Source: Lytechinus pictus (lineage: Eukaryota). From it: a stretch of DNA of 64,000 nucleotides. Under the pieces are notes generated by a model, which ran no database searches, was not told the DNA's origin, and was given only the letters and a program-made list of their open reading frames with translations. Numbering within the stretch: position 1 is the first letter of the stretch; each line of letters starts with the position of its first letter. The translations under genes and the position numbers were made by a program. The DNA lies in the NCBI RefSeq assembly GCF_037042905.1, contig NC_087247.1, positions 48,484,001 through 48,548,000 of the forward strand, read 5' to 3'. Shown here in pieces: positions 41,099 through 58,869 of this stretch.

Positions 41099-43730
41099 AT
41101 GGGATTAATCGTAAGGAAAATGATATTCTTGTCTTTTGTTTGGCTGCCCTATCTCCTACTTGGGATTGTTCGTGTTGATGCTTGGGGAGCGGTGAGTTTC
41201 ATTCACAGAAAATTGTATGTTATTTTTTTATTATTTTCTTAATTCGCTCGTTGATAGTCCATCCTTAACATGCTTAATGGATGTTGAGAGACTTACATAT
41301 ATCCTTTTATTCAGATACACAAGTTCTTTGCTTCTTCGACGGATAAAAACATGATGTTCTATAATTTAAACAATTCAAAAAAATGTTCGGAAATTCCTGT
41401 CAACATAATGAGTGAATTGAAAATTGTTAAATCATGTGCAACATAAAGACAAACTCAAGCAAGGTAAAAATTATCATTGATACATTATTGATAAAGGCTG
41501 TATTATGGCCAGAGTTTCAGTAATGCTTTGTCGCCCAATTTCATGACTATTATTCACTTAAATGTTTGATTACAAATCACACTTATCAACTTTTCGTCAC
41601 AGTCTTATTCTCAGGGACCACCGGGACCCCCTGGGCCTCCAGGACCATCAGGACCTGCAGGTAGTCCAGGCGATGGGGAACTCCTAGAATATAACAACTG
41701 GAAACAGTGCGCCTGGTACTCGGCTAATGGCAATGATTACGCAACAATCTATGTAAGTCCACTCCAACAAAAAGTTGATTTGAATAAAAAGAGAAAAATC
41801 AAACAAACATAACACTGAAAATTTCATCAAAATCGGGTGTAAAATAAGAAAGTTATGACATTTTAAAGTTTCGCTTAATTTCACAAAACAGTTATATGCA
41901 CATCCTGGTCTGTATGCAAATGAGGAGACTGATGACGTCATCCACTCACTATTTCTTTTGTATTTTATTACATGAAATATGAAATATTATCTAATTTTCT
42001 CCTCATTGCCAAGTGAAACAACGATTAATTCCTCCCTGAACATGTGGAATTAGCATTGTTTAATACTATATGGTTCAGTCAAGTTGGTCCTTATTGTCAA
42101 ATTTGTAAAAAATGAAATATTGTATAATTCAAACAATAAAAAACAAAATAAATAGTGAGTGAGGGACATCATCGACCATCTCATTTGCATGTCACTCAGT
42201 TGTGTATATCACTGTTTTGTGAAAAATAATCGGAACTTTAAAATGTTATAACTTTCTTATTTTACATCCGATTTTGATGAAATTTTCAATGTTGTGCTAG
42301 TTTGATTTTATCTATTTATTCAAATCAACATTCTTCTGGGGTGGACTTGACCTTTAAAGTGTTAATTGTGATAACGACTATAACAAAGATGGCGACGACG
42401 ACGATGATGATGATGATAATGATGACTAATAGATTAATGCTGTTGTAACAAATCTACATACCAAATAAAAAAATCATTCTGTGATTCAGTAGTTAGAAAA
42501 TATTAAGGAATATTTGAGTTGATTGTGATAAAATCAGATTGACAAAAGTATACCAAAGTAGATCATCGGTCAGTTTGAAGTCGGCTTCATTGGAGTGACT
42601 GTAGCATAAAAGCTAATCAATGCCTTTTGACACCTTTTACCACGTTTATTGTATGGATTTATACATTGTGATATATCTCTCCATTCTCTAAATAAGTGAC
42701 CCCCATCCACCTTGATGGCAAATATTTTATTTTGATTTTCCACATTTCATTTAAACTTACAGACCTGTACTTTTACAAAGAGACACAGTGACTCTGCTCT
42801 CTGGGTCTACTATGGAGGCAACCTTCGTCTTTATGGATGTAGTGGATGCTGTAAAAGATGGTATCTTACTTTCAATGATAATGAATGTTCACCCACACCT
42901 ATTGATGGTGTTTGTCTACCAAGCCAATACTTACTACATGAATCTGCACAGGCACAGCAGTATTTCAGGTAAATATAATCACAATGGTCAATGCCTTCAC
43001 ATGTGTCGCAAATTTCTACTTGATTATGGTCTCATCATGTTCATACATTTTTTCAAAGAAAATTATAATAATACTGAAATTCATATAGCGCATATTAATG
43101 ATTGAAAACACCCTATACGCTTTACAAATATAAAATCACTACGTTATAAATTATACCTAAAATATTTCACACAAATTAGAGCAAATTACAAAAAAGATAA
43201 AATAGAAATTATTAAAACAGATAGCATTTGAATACTACATGTTGCATCCAATATCCACTGATATACAATTTTTATAATCCCTGGGACCTATTGATTATGA
43301 CATCGATTGTTTTTCTTTCCACCACGGTATCATTTGTTCTTCGAAAGTAATGATATTCAAGCCAAAATTCGGGATGTGGAACTTCTTATACTCGAAGAAC
43401 CATGATGAGTAAAACAGAAGGTATTGTTATTTACAAAAACAAAATGATCATTACATCAGTTTTTGCAAATAGCAAGCAGATCTTGGAAGTGTGAATAAAC
43501 TCTGTATTTTGGGGAAAAAACATTTCTTGTGTAACTGTCTAACTCATAGATATACTTTTTTCTTTAATAGGATATTGTCACACAGTAGGAGCTGGATCAG
43601 TAAATGTGAAATTCAGTGTTGGTGATTGTCCGGGATATGGGAACTACGATGCTTATACAGGATCAGAGGAAGAAACAGCGCATTACGAATCATCATCAAG
43701 GAGGTCCTTAAATCACCATATGGATACTAG
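41099..43730 (+). pseudogene. CTHRC1-like pseudogene psi-B2
   Basis: Exons 41099-41191, 41603-41752 (N-terminal Cys changed to Tyr), 42763-42968 (206 nt vs 205; +1 frameshift near 42911) and 43571-43730 (net +8 replacing the conserved Trp codon). The shifted frame stops at TGA 43623-43625. Confidence 0.85.
41755..42353. mobile_element. Kolobok-like MITE, left-truncated, abutting the psi-B2 exon-2 donor
   Basis: Long inverted arms AAGTCCACTCC...TTGATTTGAATAAA / TTTATTCAAATCAA...GTGGACTTGACCT-TTAA. Confidence 0.75.
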
Positions 43731-45298
43731 CCTGATAGAAGCAGTGTTGCCGGTATTGTTATGTCACTTACCAGGGATTTATGTACTTACACCGTGATCT
43801 AGACGATCACCTAGTTTAAGAAACCATGTATGTGACATGATCTATTTTGGAGGGATAGCATCATCCCACCGCTGCCACCATAATAGTTGCCGGGTGACGT
43901 TGGAAACCACACCACGATCTTTGGATATCAGATCAACCAATATTGCAGAATTAGGAGATACTCTTGTGGTTATTATGTCAATACAAATGAAATTCATTCA
44001 AACATTATGCATGTGCCTATTGTTGTGTTTTAAAAGTATAAGGAATGACGAAAGTGTTGATTATTCCCAATCATCCGTTTTCCTTGCAACAGTTTGTGAG
44101 AACACAAGAATGAAATTTCCATGACTATGCTCCTGTCAATAATTCATCATTCATATGTCCTTATACTCTGAATATGGTTATCGTGTTGATGGTCTTCAGC
44201 AGTGGGTTCATTAATTACCTTAATTGTATTCTATAAATATTTATTAACCTTTATGAAATATCCGGATTTTTAAAAACATTTATTGTTATTAAAATGAGAT
44301 ATGTATGATGATTATATGCATACCAGCATGGGTTTTTTCACACATTGTGTTGTCAAGTGAAATATGAACAGGGATGGCATCGAAATATTTTGATTTTGGA
44401 AAAGATGACCTAGATTTGACGTCACCTGTTTTCTTAATAATTGATTACCAAGGTGAAAATAGCGTTGAATGACCAACACCTTTTTATATACCTCTTACCC
44501 CCACCCTATTCTTCTATTTTCCCTCCTTTTTAAAACTTTAATAGTCAAAGAGGCGCCCGTATTGAATTGAATATAATTATCTTTAGGTAACCTTTCCTCC
44601 TATAAAAAAAACTGCTCTAATATTAATAGATACCTTAACAGAGGGCAACTTAATAGAATCTGTCAACTTCACCAAGAATATTATAATCGTTTCAGTAATT
44701 TTAACATAATTCTGATTCTAATTTTGACAAAAATTACATTAAATGGTCCTTTTATAAGCATGATGTATTATCTACGTTACTTTGAATCGATTGTTTTTAT
44801 AGTGTGGTGCCGCCCCCGGGGAGCCTTAATCTAGGAATAAGTAAATGTATGGTAAACTTTATTACTGCGCGATCGTTTCTATTATTGAAAAAATCATACC
44901 CCCTAACATATATTTGGAAGTAAAGGTAACTCTTGTGGTTATAAAGGTTTCTGTTGATGGTGTCGACAGATTAACGCTGTCTTTACTTGATGACGAAAAA
45001 ACGTAAACAAAGTATTGCATCGATCATCCTTGCCAAATTGGTGCGTTCATGTATGTTATGACAGTATACATCCTTCATCGTTAAGAAATCTACGGCTAAG
45101 TTTATTGATTTGTATATCTGCACAATAATATAGAGCCTTCTGTATAGTGAATTCATAGACAAGAGTATAGTGTGAGTAGATATCTATTCGTGTGAAGAAT
45201 GGAAAATTAGTAACGAAAATACGGAATTCCTGGGTTTGAGCTTATGTGGATAAAACTCATTGAGATATACTGTACAGGAGAAAAGTTTGCAAAACACA

Positions 45299-48200
45299 AT
45301 GGAACCATGTAATTATCTAGAGAAATCGCCTGGATCTTCAATGATGTTCTTCTTGATGATAGTGTCGTATGGCTTCATGGCTGTGAACGGCTGGGGAGCG
45401 GTAAGGTTATAGACGTAATAGGGTATAGATTCTGATTCCACATCATTCAAGAATCACAGACACGATTGTTGCTCCAAAATATTCTGAAGTGACAATATGA
45501 ATATAAACTACGAAATACGTTTGATTTGATCTCATTTCATTGCTCAACTCTAACATTCACTGTAAACAAAAACTGAATTATTTGACAAAAGAGGCTAAAG
45601 TATGCATTCGAACGGTTGTCAGATTATTTTGCCGTAATAGGCCCTACACTTTTGGCTTCCTATTTCAGAATAATGTAAACTCTAGAAAGTTTCTGTACTT
45701 GTAAGAATGTAGGCAAAGGATGGCTAAAACCAGCTAAATAGGTTTTCAAAGAAATCGTATGATCAAGAGACGTGTAATTTATGACTTAGAACATTTTGTA
45801 ACAACTCGTTCCTCTTCGAATCCAGATTATTTTTGTATAAAGGTTAAACATTTTTTGTTGATTCCATATTGAAGAAACATATTGGGATCAAAACTATCCT
45901 TCCTCGTCTCCTAATAATTCAATTTAAAACAATTCAAGGTTTATTATAACATGAGTCGTAGCTCATCGGCTGAATTGGTCGTGTATACAATTAAAGAATC
46001 ATAAGATAATTAAAACATTAAAATCATCATCGTAAATACTGACACAAGAATTTTAATTAGGTAACAGCAAACAATAAGCCAGTTCACGGTTAGCTCATGA
46101 TCAACTTTTTCTCAAATGACCTTTGTGATTTTTCAAATGTAGATGTTGCGTAAGCTTTACCGGTAGAGTATTCAAATTCTAAGAACAAAAGGCATTGTAT
46201 AGACCAGGTGACTAGAATAGTTCATCAGGGATAAAGTTTGGAAATCTGTTTTATTGTCTGCCTTTGGCACATTTGACTACTGTTTAGGCTACTGTCAAAT
46301 ACCAGTGATTATGAAGGCTCTATTTATTACTCTTCAGCTTGGATGTGATAAAATGAATATTTTGAAAGGAATACATGAATAATCATCAAATCACAAATGC
46401 CTATGTCAGTGAATTTGAAAGCCACCTTCATGGTTTATCTCAAATGACCTTTTTTCTGCTCGTGCGCAATTTACAACCGTGAACAGGCTTATTATATGAA
46501 ATAAAAACGAGGAAGGGTCAACAATTAATAAAAGAAATAAAGAAAAGGTTATAAAAGTACATGCTCATGTCACTAAATAAAGAGGTTTTTTAACAGGTCA
46601 TGGGTATAAGATAAAAGTGGTATTTTCCTTTTTTCATAACAAAAATAATATTGCTAGGATTTCTGATTTAGCTTTAAAGGGAGTAGTGGGCTCATAACCT
46701 TTCCATATATTAGTAGATGTCTCTATAATTTGTATTCCAGACATGTTCTCAAGGACCACCGGGACCACCTGGGCCTCCAGGACCATCAGGACCTGCAGGT
46801 AGTCCAGGCGATGGAGAACTCCTAGAACATAACAACTGGAAACAGTGTGCCTGGTACTCGGCTAACGGAAATGACTATGACACTATTTACGTGAGTAGAA
46901 TTGTTAGAGTGCTCTTGGTAATTTTGAAGGTGGAAAGTTAAAGAAGTAGTAGTAGTCAGGGGTGGTGATGGTGATGGTGGTGGTAGTGGTAGTAGTGGTA
47001 GTAGAAACAGTAGTATCAGCATTGTATTATTATTATCATTATTATTATCATTATTAGTATTAGTATTATTATTAATATTATTATTATGATTAGTATCATT
47101 ATTTTATTATTGTTATCATTATTAGTATTATCATTATACATGTATTATTGATACTATAATATTTTTATTATTAATATTATCACTACCTATAATACTATAA
47201 TGATTATTATTATTTTTATCATTGTTGATGTTGTTGTTATGTTATTATATATTTATGTTTTGTTTTCACCTCAAAAAAACAAGATTACCGATATAACGCT
47301 CAAGTAATGCAGGTACAATTTTATGCAATCTAAATTAAAAAAATTATGCCATATTTCAAAGATACCCAATACGGTTATTTAAACATATAAAGACAAGTGA
47401 TAAAATACAATTATTTTCTTTCTTGATTTCGGTGTGGTATCACTAACAGACCTGTACTTTTACGAAGAGACACAGTGACTCTGCTCTCTGGGTCTACTAT
47501 GGAGGCAACCTTCGTCTTTATGGATGTAGTGGATGCTGTAAAAGATGGTATTTTACTTTCAATGATAATGAATGTTCACCTACACCTATTGATGGTGTGG
47601 TCTTCCAAACAAACACGAACAACATGAATCTTCACAGACATCGAAGCATTTCAGGTAAGAGTAAAGTCAGTAAGAGGCATACAGATGTTGTCTTAGGGTC
47701 ATTGTCCCGCCCCGAAAAACTTTCATGACCGAGAGAAAACTATTTGAAAAAAAAAAAGAAAGGAAAATGAAAAAGGGCAAAGGATGAAATATGAGATTTC
47801 TTTCTGGATATTATGTTGAATCCTGTCACAAAACTAGATTTTCGCTCCCTCGCGCCTATTTATGAAAAAAAATCACGGTACCTAATATTCTGCAACCATT
47901 TTTGTTTTGTTTGCTCATTATGGCACCGAAGATAAGCATAAATAGATTTATAGTATTAAAGATATTCTTCTGACGGTCAGTCACATGGTCAAGGATTGGA
48001 ATCCTTTCGCAAAACTTATTTCGTTCACCATAATATTAATCTACACTTTCCTCACTCGACCCTGAATAGGTGAATGCAATCCTGACAATATTTGTTTATG
48101 GGTGATGGTATTAATTATGGAGAAGACATGTGAGTGTCGTATCTGATGTGTTTCAAGTAGGCCCTTGGAATTTACAACAACAACAAATTGCAAGAAAAAG

Positions 48201-48408
48201 ACGATTATATCATAATGACATATATTATGGTAACGATTTTGTCTTTATAAACTTAGGATACTGCCACACGGTCGGAGCTGGATCTGTCAATGTGAAATTT
48301 TTGGTAGGAGACTGCCCGGGATATGGGAACTACGATGCTTACTCAGGATGGAACAGCGCATCACGAATCATCATCAAGGAGGTCCCTAAATCATCGTATG
48401 GATACTAG
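45299..48408 (+). CDS. CTHRC1: CTHRC1-like protein B3 (~202 aa from the first ATG)
   Basis: Exons 45299-45400 (MEPCNYLEKSPGSSMMFFLMIVSYGFMAVNGWGA), 46741-46890, 47450-47654 and 48257-48408. Intact. Confidence 0.9.
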
Positions 48409-49674
48409 CTTGATTAATAAAGTTTGACAATGAACTCGCAGAAATGGAGGAGCAACATTACTGCTGCGTTTTAATTTACCAAAAGTCATATTAGATTAGA
48501 TCGTGTGTTCCCAACAAGTTTCTTTTCAGCCCATTGTAGGATATAAAATCTGGAAAGATTATTCACATCGTGTGCTCCCAAAATATTTTTTTTATTTAAC
48601 AACTGGCATTATCGCTGACCTCCACCTACCAAGACTGATGACAACAAGACAACTTTTTGTTTCTAATTTTCTGATTTTGCTATTCGGAAACATGATTCGT
48701 TTCTCGATATGTCGAAGCACAATAGCTATGATTGGGGTACGAACCCATATTGATGCATCTCATGTGTTTGGAATGTTGAATCCACAGAAAAACTTACTAT
48801 TTTTGACAATTAACCTGAGGAAATAGGTTCGAAAATAAAAAGCAGATGAATGATATGGTCAAATTGTTAATTTTCAAACAAAATTGTTAATTTGTCATTC
48901 AGATAATAGTTTTGATATCTACTTCAGATGCGGACAAATTGTTTGGTGATTTTCTGGTTAAATCCGAGGTTGACATTGTTGGTGTTTTTTTTTCATAATT
49001 ACATGTTGAGTTATGACTCATTCTGATATTATCAGATTATTAGATTTCTTTTATTTCAAAACTTCTAGGAAATTATTTTGTTATTCTGAAAAGATTTTAG
49101 ATTACATTGATTGTGTTTCAATCATTCTTTTCATCGTTATAGTAAATATATCGTTGTTGGTAATTCACTCGTTCGTAATTCTTTCTAGGTATTTCGTTAC
49201 GTCTGCGTGTCTGTTATTGGTAGTATACAGATTTTGTTCAATCACTTCATTTCATTAAAGAATAAACAAAATTGTTTTCATTATTCATGTTATTGTTAAG
49301 GCGTGAAATAATCCGTTTATGTAAGTTCATAACGTATAAAACCGATGTTTATGCCTGAACTCAGGGTTTAACATGTTAAATGTAAAGATTCTAATACATG
49401 TAGTTGCAAAGTATAAACGACCAAAATAAATGGGGACAGAGAGAGAAAGAGAGCGAGGGGGTCGGGTGGGAGGAAAAAGAGAGGGGGAGAAAGAGGGGAA
49501 GGGTTGGGGAAGAGAGGGGAGAGACACTAGAAAATATGGTCTTATGCATACAGGGTGGGAAAAGGAATATCATTTTGATCTACTGTGAAAATCATATACA
49601 AACTTCAATTGTAAACCGGAAAATGTATGCATGACGACAAATAAACACTCAGAAAAGAACAAGAACCCAAGCAA

Positions 49675-50258
49675 AGGGTCAGATGCATAAAAAGTGGCAA
49701 TTGATTCAAGCACAAGTAATTGCTAGCCAAGCAAAGGATCATGCCTAAGCGATTGCTTTATTTCGTATGCATAACCCTTTGCTTGTGCTTAAACCCTTTT
49801 CTTGCACTAGGAAAGCAGTTGCTATAGGGGTTTGGACAATAACAACGTCACACTGGTGCAAACACGACTCACAGAACAAAGGTGGGACTCGAGTGCAAAG
49901 GTGTGGTAGTGCAAAATACTGCATCTCTTATGTAACATCTTTTCCTTAGATGTGGTGTCAAACATTTCCTTTAACTTGTTTTTATTTTATAATAAATACA
50001 TTTATATAGTTGGCATTATGTTTGCACTAACTATGGAAGAATGCATGTACATGTGTACATCTTTAGGTTCTATCTCAGTTGCATAAACATGATTATAAAA
50101 CGCAAAAGCCCTGATCAAGCAAACACGGAGCTTGTAAAAAACTCCAAGCAAATGCTTAAACGCACAAGCAAAAAGTTCGCTTTATGCATACGATTTTAAG
50201 CAATATAGCTTAATCATCAAGCAAATGCTAGCAGGCAGTTAGCAATTGCTTGAACTTA
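49675..50258. mobile_element. Palindromic MITE present only in the second copy of the duplicated intergenic segment
   Basis: Inverted motifs CAATTGATTCAAGCA / TGCTTGAAC and TCGTATGCATAA / TTATGCATACGA. Absent at the equivalent position near 40690. Confidence 0.5.
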
Positions 50259-50457
50259 CTAGAAAAAACATTTGCTCCTCATGTTGGAATGCTTTCATCT
50301 TCTCACACTTCTTTAAGGATGGGAATGAGTGTTTCTTTCAAAATATAATTCATACTCGTTTTTTATTTATTTCATCCCTAATATTTTAATAATCTTGATC
50401 ATCGTGAGCTATTTCATGAAATATCAGTGTTCATTTTGGAATATTAAATGGAATAAA

Positions 50458-50550
50458 ATGGGATTAATCGTAAGGATGAAAATATTCTTGTCTTTTTTTT
50501 GGCTGTCCTATCTCCTTCTTGGGGTCGTTCATGTTAATGCTTAAGGAGCG
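50458..50550 (+). pseudogene. Orphan CTHRC1-like exon 1 with a nonsense codon (paralogue of psi-B2 exon 1)
   Basis: MGLIVRMKIFLSFFWLSYLLLGVVHVNA*GA|gtgagt, with TGG changed to TAA at 50542-50544. No exons 2-4 occur before the next gene. Confidence 0.8.
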
Positions 50551-51077
50551 GTGAGTTTCATTCACAGAAAATTAAATGTTTTGTTTTGTTTCTTTTTCTG
50601 ACGCGCGTTGAGATCCATCCTTGTTCAAATTCAATGAATTTTGAAAGACTCTTCGCCTTATTTCACCGAATTGAGGGAATAACGTTGCTATTCTGTTAAT
50701 GTTCATGGAATTAGAGGCACAGGTTCTTTTAATCTTCACGAATTTTGCACAAAGATAACATTTTCCTTTATAATCACAACAAGTTGTTTAAAATTTTACC
50801 AAAATTATTCTGGTGTTTAATTCTGCTTCCGTACAAAACAAAAAAATCCTTATAGGCCGTATGTTCTGTATCGAGAATTAGGATACATTTTTTTACAAGG
50901 TAATATACTATGTTTGACGTTTTATCTCTGTATATGATATGGAATATGTTAAATGACAATAAAAACATACACTCTATAAGTAAAGTGACTGCACATTGGA
51001 GTGCTGAATTATAGTGATTCAAATTTTTACTAGAAAATCAGCACTTGGAAGTGCTAGTCACTATATAAGCTCTTTAA

Positions 51078-51677
51078 AGGTATGGTCCGGGTTGAAAATA
51101 TTTATATATGAATAAATAGCGTAAAAATCACAGAGCAAAATACTGAAAAATTCATCAAAATCGCATAGAAAATAGCGAAGTTATTGAATGTTAAAATTAA
51201 GCAATATTTTGTGAAAACAGTGATATGCACATCGTCATGAATACTCATTAGGTAGGCGGATGATGTCACATACATCCCCACCTTCCCTTTTCTTATGTTA
51301 TCACATGAAATTGTTTCATTATTTCATACATATGTGAATGAAATGTCTCCCTTATAATGAAATAAGTTGCAGCAATGAATATCTAATGCACTTGATCAAT
51401 TTTCGATCCAATATTTAAAATTTTGAAGGAAAAAAATGAATAAACCTAATTTCATATAATAAAATACAAAAGAACAAGTGGGGATGTTACATCATCAATT
51501 TGGTCATTGAATATTCATAAAGACAAGCCTATAACTATTTCACCGGGATAATGAAAAACTTTTAAATGTCATATCTTTGTTATTCTTTGTCCGATTTTGA
51601 TTAAATTTTCAGAGTTTCGTTTGTCAGATTTTTCTCTATCTGTTCAAATCATATTATCCTCAGCCTGGAGTATCCGT
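51078..51677. mobile_element. Kolobok-like MITE
   Basis: TTAA at 51074-51077 and 51678-51681, with inverted arms containing TTCATCAAAATCG / CGATTTTGATTAA. Confidence 0.65.
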
Positions 51678-52170
51678 TTAAATGCTGAATAAGCACCTCA
51701 TTTTATTCATAGTGGACCTATATATTTTGAAGTAAAAAAGTAACTCTGGCGTTTATAAAGTTTTTTTTTATTTGATGGTGTCTAGAGATTACCGTTGTCT
51801 TTATTTAGACCCTGATGACGATACTTGGTACGAGTATATTGATTATTTCTGCCAAATTGGTGCGTCTTTCATTGTTAAGAAATCTACGTCTAAGTTTATT
51901 GATTTAAGTCGTATATCTGCACAATAATGCAGAGCCATAAATTATATACGGTGAATTCATAGACATTGTAGACAAGAGTATAGAGTGAGCAGACATCCAT
52001 TCCCGGGGAGGAAATGTTATGTTTGGGGTTATTAGTAACAAATTACGAAAATACAGACTTCTCGGGTTTGAGATATGTGGATATAACTCATTGGGAAATT
52101 TTAATCAGGAGAAAAGTTTGCAAAACACAATGGAATCCTGTAATATCTAGAGAAATCTTCAGGATCTTCA

Positions 52171-55303
<3,133 letters not shown>

Positions 55304-55659
55304 CTTGATCGAAACATTCGAAACAATTGAGCATAAACAGCCTAATCAAGATGACGTACCTATATTCAAGGAGCATCAGTCTCAGGCATGATTTATGGCA
55401 GGAATGTGGACGCATCTCTTACACTCCAGTATTTGGCATGCTTGAGGAGGTCCCAAAATTGATTTTTTTTTTTGCGTGGACCGGAGAAATTCATGAAATA
55501 AAAACTGAATTAAAAAAATTAAAAAGGGGTCCTAGTGATGATTAATAAAGTTACCGAAATTTGCAGTAGACATGGTAACAGATGGAGTTATTCCGTTCTT
55601 TTTATGTAACAACATGTACAATGTAAATTGAGAGGGGTGGTAAATGAAAGTCTTAATAA

Positions 55660-56168
55660 TTTTATCAGAGATACTTAGGTGAGTGTTACAAAATATGTCA
55701 TTGCACTTGCCCTGAACATTTATATCCTCCCATATAAAACATTAGATGGGCTGATGATGTCACCTATTTAGTAAATATGTCATATTTATATATATGTCAT
55801 ATTTAGTAAATAAATGTCCTTTTCTTATGTTATTACATAAAATCATAATTATTTCATATGACATGTCTCCCTTATAATAAAATACGTTACAACAATCAAT
55901 ATTTAATGCATTTAATCAGAGTTGTCAATCCATTTTTAAAGTTCTTAGAAATTTGAATAATAAAATACAAAAGAACAAGTAGGGATATGACAATGCAGTT
56001 TTCTCAATGAATTTTCATGAAACCGTTTCACCGAAATAATGCAAATTTTTTAAATGTCATAACTTCATTATTCCTTGTCCAATTTTCAGGAAATTTTCTG
56101 TGTTGCGTTTGTCTGATGTTTTTTTATCTGTTCAAATCATATCATGTTCAGCCTGGAGTACCCCTTCA
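55660..56168. mobile_element. Partial Kolobok-like MITE
   Basis: Same internal and right-end sequence as the 51078 element (TTCAGCCTGGAGTACCCCT). Confidence 0.55.
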
Positions 56169-58023
56169 AAGTGATTGAAAAAGTTGAGTTTTTTTTATTG
56201 TTTATCATTATATGATTATTTGCTGATTACGTTTTAAATGTCGAAATTGACGAAGAGTTTCAATGAATTAACTCCGATTCGGTTATATTATGGCCAATCT
56301 CATTTTCTTTGTAAATATTCACACTATAATTCATGTAGCATGTATATTCCAATATATTTACAAATAGGCCTTAAGACATTGTCGCATAACAATTCAACTG
56401 AACACCCACTATGCAGTCACGTGATCATAGATGTATCGATTTAAGGATTAACCATTCGTCTTCGTTTTACACGTATTCCTTCCAACACCAAAATGTCGTA
56501 TTCTTCCACGTTTCGTATCGATTTCTACACAAAATTACAATATGTGTCCCCTGCTATCACGCTCATCCCAACAATCATTATGTGGTAATAATGCACAAAT
56601 AAAATGTTGGGTAACATACTGTCCACTGTGTTGGGTATTAATGTATGATGATAAAATATATATACTGGACAATTAATACCCAATTGAGCAAATTTATTAC
56701 ACAGTTATTAGTTTTTATTACCCAATTTGGGCAGATTTTAACCAATAGTTGTGTGGACAGTATGTTGCCCAGGAATGGTTAAAAGTTGATTTAAGAGTGT
56801 GTGATTCGGACAGACTTGTAGGCCCTAGTGTATGTTTTATTAATATACCAAAATGGCTAATCATTATGTTCATCCCAATGCCTAGAAAAGTCTTGAATGA
56901 ATATAAAATTATAAAAAAAATTCAACACTTCTTGATCAAATTCTATATAGTAAATAAATATATGGATTGTTGATTTTATTGCTTGCATTCTGAAATTAAT
57001 TTCATATTACACACAATGTTAGATTTGGTGTATAATTGATTAAAAGTCAGAAACATATACACCCATGAAACAAAAGTTTGATTGTTTTTATTGTTATTTG
57101 TATGACATTATTCATTCACTTTTATAATGTTAACATATTTTGATTTTTTTTCGATAAGAGTATACATTTATCCCAGATCCTTGGACACGCACATTGATCG
57201 AACTTGCTATAGTCACATTACGGAGGGGAAATATTTTATTCATAAATAGAACCAATATGATAATCTTTTTCATGGGTACATTACGAAGCATAATCTCATC
57301 AAATAATTACTTGTAACGTGCATGCTTTAAATTGCTTTTGGTAATCTATATACTATACCATTTTGCTTTTTCTTCTCCCCCTTTTTAAGGGGGGGGGGTG
57401 GTAATGTACGTTTTGGCCCAATTTTTTTTAAAGGGGGCGACTGCATATCCCCCTTCCCTTACCGGTGCTTCTGATTATATCTTTCATAGGATACTTCACT
57501 AAATCTACATGACCATTATACCCAAAAATTCATGTATTGTTAAATTGAACTTGATTTTTTAATTGTTTGTATATAAGTATATGTTGCGGTGACTTAATAC
57601 CACGATCTGAGGTAAAATAAAAAATATATACCGAAAGGTTAATACTATTTTAGTCACAAAAAAATATATATTCAGTGAAAAATCTAAATACATTCGACAA
57701 CCAGCTATTATTCTACTCATATTAAGATATTTCTAGATAGTGAAAAAAAAATCGTATCATACTTGATTATAATCATGGTATTAACTTAATAAAAATCAAC
57801 ATGACCGTATTGTAAGAAAAATTATTTAAGTCAAGAAACAAATACCGGTAAAAACTTGACAAAATTATTGACAGTAATCAGAGTTCTATATAATCCTTTT
57901 CTCTCCCAAAAATCTGATCATAAAGTACCACAAGAGAATCAATGATAAGCATATCTAATGAATAAAAAAAATCATTATCCATCCTCAGCTACTCTGACTT
58001 GAATAATTGAGGATAAATTTTGC

Positions 58024-58190
58024 GGTTTCCTTCAGCAAGAAATTTAAACACATTGTGCTTCACTCAACTCAGGTGAGATGAATGGGTACTCGGTAGGAAG
58101 AAATTTCTCGAATGCCAGAGCGCCTTTAGGCAGCACGGCAATAGCCGGGGGTAATAACAATAATAATATTATTGTAGTGCGCAGTTGAGT
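58024..58190 (+). mobile_element. 5'-truncated SINE, same family as the 33150 element
   Basis: TTTCCTTCAGCAAGAAATTT...CAGGTGAGATGAATGGGTAC...AGCCGGGGGTAATAA. Confidence 0.7.
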
Positions 58191-58224
58191 ATATACATAT
58201 ATGTATACCCGTTAGAGTAAAAAA

Positions 58225-58836
58225 AAAAACTTGACACATCACAAATCCCCTCCTTAAGAAAGAATATGCCATGAACGCATAATCATTATATATGGCTGGA
58301 ATGAGCACCTTCTCCCTAATAATTTAATACCATATCTATGTGGTATGTCTTCACGCTTGGATAATCCGTAGGTATTCTTTGCAGCGATGTAAATTTTGAT
58401 TTGTGCCAAAGTAAGGCATAACTTGCAATGAATGAACCCCATATGCCAATGATGTCACCATGCTACATGTGTTAGTAAACACATTTGCAAATCCCCTTTC
58501 AATGAAATTAACATGAGGATTGATAGTAAAAAGTGTTTATTAAACCATTTCAATATGAATTACTGAAAATGTGTTTTGAAATGGATTTTAATGCATGCCT
58601 TGTAGGATTATGACATTATTGACACCTGGATTCATTCATTGCAGCTATGCCTTACTTTGGTGCAAATACATCACTGCAAAGAATACCTCCTGATCATCCA
58701 AGCGTTAACACATACCACATAATTATAGTATCAAATTATTTGGGAGAACATTCTCTTTCAGACCATATATAATGATTATGTGATTGTGACATGTTTTTTT
58801 CCTTAAATTTGGGATTTATAAGGTGTCAAGTATTTT
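58225..58836. mobile_element. Diverged foldback MITE (~220-bp arms)
   Basis: Inverted pairs CATAATCATTATATATGG / CCATATATAATGATTATG and CCAAAGTAAGGCATA / TATGCCTTACTTTGG. Confidence 0.65.
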
Positions 58837-58869
58837 AAACAATTTTCACAATTGTTTTCTCTTTTATCA

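Noticed and set aside
42905-43680. The +1 (exon 3) and +8 (exon 4) indels in psi-B2 sum to +9, suggesting compensating frameshifts
   Set aside because: The shifted frame hits TGA at 43623-43625 before the second indel, and the conserved Trp and N-terminal Cys are also lost.
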